Source: Halocafeteria seosinensis | Lineage: Eukaryota | Assembly (NCBI GenBank): GCA_001687465.1 | Contig: LVLI01000364.1 | Location: 1 to 64,000 of the forward strand | Length of the DNA stretch: 64,000 bases | Reading direction: 5' to 3' | Shown here: piece by piece, positions 59,255 through 64,000 of the stretch | Numbering within the stretch: position 1 is the first letter of the stretch | Layout of the letters: every line of letters begins with the position of its first letter | Program-made: the position numbers and the translations under genes | The notes under the pieces: generated by a model | Database searches by the model: none | Seen by the model: only the letters and a program-made list of their open reading frames with translations | What the model was told of the DNA's origin: nothing

Positions 59255-62200
59255 ATGTACCACGAGAACTCAACTGATCGACCAAATGGTTCGACTTATC
59301 AAAAGAGTGACTTTAAGTCACTTATAACAGGTTCAGATGGCCCAAAACAAGACGCAAGGACACCATCAAAGTCTCTCAATGATTCGCAAGACAGAAAATG
59401 GCGCGCGTCGGCTCCCGAAATTGGTCAAAATGGAGGGAAAACTCCACCGCCTCCACCTCAGGCGCTGCCATTGTCACCCACTCTCCGAGCTAAAACACAG
59501 CGTCAAGGACTCTCCAAGACGGGAAAGCATGCTCAATCTACGATGGGCATTGGTTTGTCTCTGTCTACGTCGAACAGTCCTCTTAGCTCTCCTCCGGGGA
59601 GCCCGAGTCGTGCCCGAAGTGGAGGATCATCGGCTTCCAGTGGCGCTTACTCGATAGATAATGCCGTGACGGATGAAGAAGAGCTTTTAATGGAAGATAC
59701 TGACTTTCAGGCAGCTTTTCTTCCTCTAATGAAAGCTTTTGATCCCTTAATACACTATCTGCGGTCTGTAGCGCCGGCATCTACCGAACCTGATGATGAG
59801 ACAGTAGATGGGGAGAGCGATGCTCCAAGTATTGAAGGCCTACGTTCGATTAACAAGAAAACATTGTCGCCCATATGGCAGTGCCGTGCCGGTCTGGAAG
59901 ACCTCATCTTCACTGACAGAGTGAGGGATTACCCTATTTTTGACGCTTCTACAGTGCGCGTTCCGGAGGACGGTTTTGTGGTCGAAATATTAGTTACCGA
60001 TCGCCATGTTTGGGAGGGGATGTCAGGGAAAGCAACAGGTCCATCTAGTGAAAAGGTAACAGAATTGAACACAGATGATGCTCTGAGGAACAATCTCTAT
60101 CCTGCACTTCATTCGCAACGGACTACAATCAAGTCGATATCCACGTACAAGGCCGCCGTTGTGTTCAAGAGCGTATGCCGGGAAGATACTGCAATTTCTC
60201 AGTTGCTTACTAGTGTCTGTATTGGAGCACTTAAACTATTGGTTGCCGAAGACGATTTACCATCGGAGAGAAAGGTTGTGGATCTGGCGAAGCGTCTTGT
60301 ATTGAAAGCAGCTGGAATAAAGGAATACCTCGTGTATGACCGAATAAGAAAAGTAGCTTCTTCGCAGTATGTCCAGGATTCCCTCTCAGCCGATAGTCAG
60401 GTTGCGGTTTCGTTTAGTTTGGAGTATGCTGGTTCAAAAATGCTGGAGCAACCCATTTGTAGCCCGTATATATCGAGTAAAGGGAGAGCATATGACAATT
60501 GCTTGAGTATTCTGGAATGCTGTTTACATAATTCCAAGTATATCATGCAACGGTATAATTTCGCCCTTCTACAAAAGCGTTATGAAGCTCGGAGGCAGTG
60601 GGTCTCTCGAGGCCCGCTCAAGCCTCACCAAGATGCTGATATGCTGTTTAAAGTTAGAGTCAGATCTCTTCGTAATGTAGCCGTTGCGTTACTTCACGCA
60701 AGGGTACCTCCAGCAAACACTGCCAGTGTGAAGCACTTATCCAAAGCGAAGTCCGAAAGGAGAATGTCAGATAAAACGACCTACGGAGGTAATGTCACTC
60801 CGGGAAGGCGTCAGGTAATGTCGATCGGCACTAACTTTACCAATGGCAGCAGACGAACTGAGTCGACGGATAGCTTTAACGAATACAGCTCACCCATCGT
60901 TAACCCGATCTTGGCACACGAAAGGGCTTCTCCCGAGTATTCTCCGCCCACTACCTTCTCAGCAAAAGAAAGGATGGGACACGATCCAAGTACCAAGGAA
61001 TCTAAGAACAGCCAAGTAGATATAGCAGATAATGATATGGACGGAGCCGTTTCTAGTGAATTCCTAAAGGGAAATGTTAGGATCCCGAAGACGAACACTG
61101 TAGTAACTCTCTCCGAAGTTTATGTTCGGATCGAGCTGATTCACGGCGATGGTGTTCTGCCAGGTTGCACAGTTGAAACATCTGCCAGACAGTTTGGTGA
61201 TCAGATAATCTGGTATGACGGAGACAATGGAGACGCTCATCACATGGGGGATGATGAGCTGGGATGGTATGAAATGAAGAGACTATGCAGCGACATTCCT
61301 ACGGACTCTGTCCTGAGAATTTCAGTGTTGTCCAGAGAATCGCTCAGCACTGACATGGTATTGTCCGAGCCAGTCTTAGTTGGTAAATTGGAGGTACCCG
61401 TCACAGATTCCTACGGCAGATTCATCCATGGGATCCAGGAATATCGGCTTTGGCCTGGTCTGTATGGAATTAGTTCTTCACCATTTGGCCAGTTCCCTGC
61501 GCCGTCTGAGGCGACCCTAGCAGCAAAGGACGAAGTACTAGTAGATGCTTTTTCCGACGACGAGGAATCGGAGTCCGATGGTTTCGAAGTTGTGAACGAA
61601 CCATCTCCAAAGGCAGCAAGTGCAAGTGCGAGCTCCTCAGAACAACAGGAGGACATCACCCAAATGACAGGGGAATTTCATCCGTCTCTCCAACCTGACG
61701 GAGTTGGACAGTTTAATGAAGTAGGACTGTTCCCTATCGCTGATCAGCCTCCCCCAAAGGTATCCAATATCTATAGGAAGCATCCATTGTCAGTTTGTAT
61801 TGAAATTGGGGACACGTTCTGCCCCACGCAAGGGGATTTTCCTCCTTGCATCGTTGACTCAGATTGCAGATACTATGCGACTAGGATACTCACAGCTGGC
61901 ACTCAGGAGCTTGTAAATACTGGAACTGAAGGTGATTCGAAAACCGAGTATCTGCTTCAGCGTGATCCTGGTGAACCTGAAAATTACGCTCCTGCAGATC
62001 CTTACTGGATGCTTTCGAAGATCAAGTGTTCAGAGTTGGTGCTAAATCGACACATGCAGACCGAAGGGAAGGAAGCATGTGCTGAAGATACGCTAATGAA
62101 GGTTTTGTTCTCCACTACCGGGGCCCTTGAAAACTGTCCTACGTATCGCGCACTGGTTACAACCACACCCGAATCGATATTACTTAGTTCCCCGTTTCTA

Positions 62201-64000
62201 CCGTCAACGTTTGGGACGAAGTGTTTGAGGGACTCAGGAGGCATTGGATTTTATGATCGGCCTCCTTTCGGAGTAGCAGAGCAATTCAGAACCAAAGGAT
62301 TCTCCTGTCTGTATTCTAACAATTCTGAACGCGAGACTCTGATTCCACTCTTTGGGAGTTGGATCTATCACCTCTGGAGTCGAAGTGACAGCTCCAGGGC
62401 TAACGTTATGTCAGTTAGACATCTGGATAGCTCTCGCGGGATCGATAATTTGCTCCAAAATACGAATGGTTACGAGGATGCTCTTACTCTCTCTGTTACT
62501 CCGCTACAGCATACAACGAATTTGCAGTCAATAAGTGCAGTTGCGTCCTCACATGGAGCTGCTTCTCTCGGCGGTCGGCAAGACTCTCATGTACAGTTAG
62601 AGAAGTGCGGATGGATGAGGAAACTTGGTCCCCATAAATGGTGCAGATGGCGGCGTAGATGGTTTGAGTTGAGCGAAGCTACAGGCGCTCTAGTTTATTT
62701 TTCTAGTAGTGCCTCGCCAGCAGCTTACCCCACCGGCTTTATCTCTTTGGCGGGGATGCAAGTGCTTGTACGCAGCGACTTGAACCGTACTTATCAACGC
62801 ATAGTTGGCTCCACTCGGAAAGATTTGACGCTACATTGTCTCGAAATTAGCCCCACTGCGAAGCCGCGGAACACTCGCTACCTTACACTGCTAAAGAAGA
62901 ATCCGCAGAAGAGTGATTCGAAATCCACAGACTCACAAGAACACAGTGATGACTCAGAAGGTGCGGGAGCACTCACGGACGAAAGTGTTGAAGATATTTT
63001 GACAGCGCTGGCAGACGCACGGGAGGTGGGTGTTAAAGTTTATACATGCCTTAGCAACCGGAGTTTTCTTCTATATACAGACTCTCAACCTACCTTAGAA
63101 GATTGGGTTGATGCAATTAACACCGTCATTCGATCGGTGAACCAAAGGCTCAAAGATGTTGTTGAGAATCGCCAACGCAATCAAACTACTCGAGATCGAG
63201 GTTCTAGTGGAAGTAGCTCCACCGAGAATAAAAGCGAAGGGGAGAGCACGAAAACTGGACACGGATGGTTGCGCAATAAGCTTCACAGTCGAGGTGCTAG
63301 TGGAAAAGCCTTCAAGCGTGCCTCAGTCACGTTTCTTCTTGCCGCAAAAGCTGATGAGAGCTCCAATGTCAGTGATGTCGAAGTTAAAAAGAGGTCCATG
63401 TCTATAGTGGGCGACGCAGTTGGCAAGCGGAAATCACGGCAGCCACAAGGAAAGGCCTTGAGACAGAGGTTCTCTGTAGGCAACTTTGCAAGGGATACAC
63501 GAACAGGAAGTAAACGATCCTGGAGCATGTCGATGGAGGATTTACCGCTGTCAACCTCTAGTAATAATTCACTAGCTCGGTTTGATGCTGGTATTTCGCA
63601 TTGGTTGAATATAGCCCTCTTGTGTGATGAAATTACGTCGAAAAGCAACATACGTTTTATATTAAGAGGATTTAGTTTATGGTCTTCGATTTCATCGGTC
63701 TCTTCATTTGTTGAAAACCTAGATGACGACGCCTGGGTGAAAACGTACGTATCGAAGATGCTTGCCAATGCTATTGGGGCCAGTTCGGATGATCTACGAC
63801 TTCATAAGAAGGAGTCCAAAACCATTCAAAATAGCCGTGATCCACACAAGCGTGGAAAGTTCAAGAAGTTGTTTGGGATGTTTCGGCGTGGGACAGCCGC
63901 TGGGGCATCTTCCATTGTTTGCCCCTCTTCCCGAAGGAGTGGAGGTATTGAATGCATACAACGTGGAGACATTGCTGGATTATTTGAATCTCGCGTAGTC
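59255..64000 (+). CDS. 5' part of a class I/II-type phosphoinositide 3-kinase-like gene (Ras-binding, C2, PH); runs off the window
   Basis: The frame from ATG 59255 is open in the segments I translated, including the last codon of the window (1582 codons); its absence from the ORF track is consistent with no stop. RBD-like LVLKAAGIKEYL..YVQDSL; C2-like FKVRVRSL..VYVRIELIHG..DIPTDSVLRISV..GIQEYRLWP; PH KCGWMRKLG..WRRRWFEL..LVYF..EDWVDAINTV. Kinase domain not in window. A possible extra first exon starts at 59152. Confidence 0.75.
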   Translation, partial: MYHENSTDRPNGSTYQKSDFKSLITGSDGPKQDARTPSKSLNDSQDRKWRASAPEIGQNGGKTPPPPPQALPLSPTLRAKTQRQGLSKTGKHAQSTMGIGLSLSTSNSPLSSPPGSPSRARSGGSSASSGAYSIDNAVTDEEELLMEDTDFQAAFLPLMKAFDPLIHYLRSVAPASTEPDDETVDGESDAPSIEGLRSINKKTLSPIWQCRAGLEDLIFTDRVRDYPIFDASTVRVPEDGFVVEILVTDRHVWEGMSGKATGPSSEKVTELNTDDALRNNLYPALHSQRTTIKSISTYKAAVVFKSVCREDTAISQLLTSVCIGALKLLVAEDDLPSERKVVDLAKRLVLKAAGIKEYLVYDRIRKVASSQYVQDSLSADSQVAVSFSLEYAGSKMLEQPICSPYISSKGRAYDNCLSILECCLHNSKYIMQRYNFALLQKRYEARRQWVSRGPLKPHQDADMLFKVRVRSLRNVAVALLHARVPPANTASVKHLSKAKSERRMSDKTTYGGNVTPGRRQVMSIGTNFTNGSRRTESTDSFNEYSSPIVNPILAHERASPEYSPPTTFSAKERMGHDPSTKESKNSQVDIADNDMDGAVSSEFLKGNVRIPKTNTVVTLSEVYVRIELIHGDGVLPGCTVETSARQFGDQIIWYDGDNGDAHHMGDDELGWYEMKRLCSDIPTDSVLRISVLSRESLSTDMVLSEPVLVGKLEVPVTDSYGRFIHGIQEYRLWPGLYGISSSPFGQFPAPSEATLAAKDEVLVDAFSDDEESESDGFEVVNEPSPKAASASASSSEQQEDITQMTGEFHPSLQPDGVGQFNEVGLFPIADQPPPKVSNIYRKHPLSVCIEIGDTFCPTQGDFPPCIVDSDCRYYATRILTAGTQELVNTGTEGDSKTEYLLQRDPGEPENYAPADPYWMLSKIKCSELVLNRHMQTEGKEACAEDTLMKVLFSTTGALENCPTYRALVTTTPESILLSSPFLPSTFGTKCLRDSGGIGFYDRPPFGVAEQFRTKGFSCLYSNNSERETLIPLFGSWIYHLWSRSDSSRANVMSVRHLDSSRGIDNLLQNTNGYEDALTLSVTPLQHTTNLQSISAVASSHGAASLGGRQDSHVQLEKCGWMRKLGPHKWCRWRRRWFELSEATGALVYFSSSASPAAYPTGFISLAGMQVLVRSDLNRTYQRIVGSTRKDLTLHCLEISPTAKPRNTRYLTLLKKNPQKSDSKSTDSQEHSDDSEGAGALTDESVEDILTALADAREVGVKVYTCLSNRSFLLYTDSQPTLEDWVDAINTVIRSVNQRLKDVVENRQRNQTTRDRGSSGSSSTENKSEGESTKTGHGWLRNKLHSRGASGKAFKRASVTFLLAAKADESSNVSDVEVKKRSMSIVGDAVGKRKSRQPQGKALRQRFSVGNFARDTRTGSKRSWSMSMEDLPLSTSSNNSLARFDAGISHWLNIALLCDEITSKSNIRFILRGFSLWSSISSVSSFVENLDDDAWVKTYVSKMLANAIGASSDDLRLHKKESKTIQNSRDPHKRGKFKKLFGMFRRGTAAGASSIVCPSSRRSGGIECIQRGDIAGLFESRVV

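Noticed and set aside
1..64000. tRNA, rRNA or prokaryotic operon/defence systems
   Set aside because: No cloverleaf or rRNA signature recognised by eye; spliceosomal introns throughout indicate nuclear eukaryotic DNA. A covariance-model search was not run.

Overview
Eukaryotic (protist, probably stramenopile-like; taxon not determinable here) nuclear DNA with short GT-AG introns, mostly about 55-80 nt. Three zones are visible. (1) A gene-poor, repeat-rich left end (1-8500) with degenerate repeats, a Crinkler/RHS-type P-loop NTPase + restriction-endonuclease-like gene, and three tandem relics of a non-LTR retroelement RLE endonuclease. (2) A compact housekeeping block (8552-53922): a giant PH-FIG4 phosphatase, an ERGIC/thioredoxin protein, a CRT-like transporter, a coiled-coil protein, an uncharacterised multi-TM protein, a DUF2103-like protein, COQ9, TTC4/CNS1, cytochrome b5, a GRAB golgin and several hypotheticals. 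(3) A right end with an intronless GLUG-repeat surface protein, more repeat relics, and the 5' part of a PI3K-like gene with a PH domain that the ORF track misses because it runs off the window. The most notable feature is a compact sterol-biosynthesis gene cluster at 46328-51074: CPI1, ERG28 and an ERG26/NSDHL C4-decarboxylase fused to an N-terminal membrane anchor and two tandem cytochrome b5 domains, with a free cytochrome b5 gene 3.3 kb away. All calls are from motif recognition by eye; no searches were run and exon boundaries are inferred.
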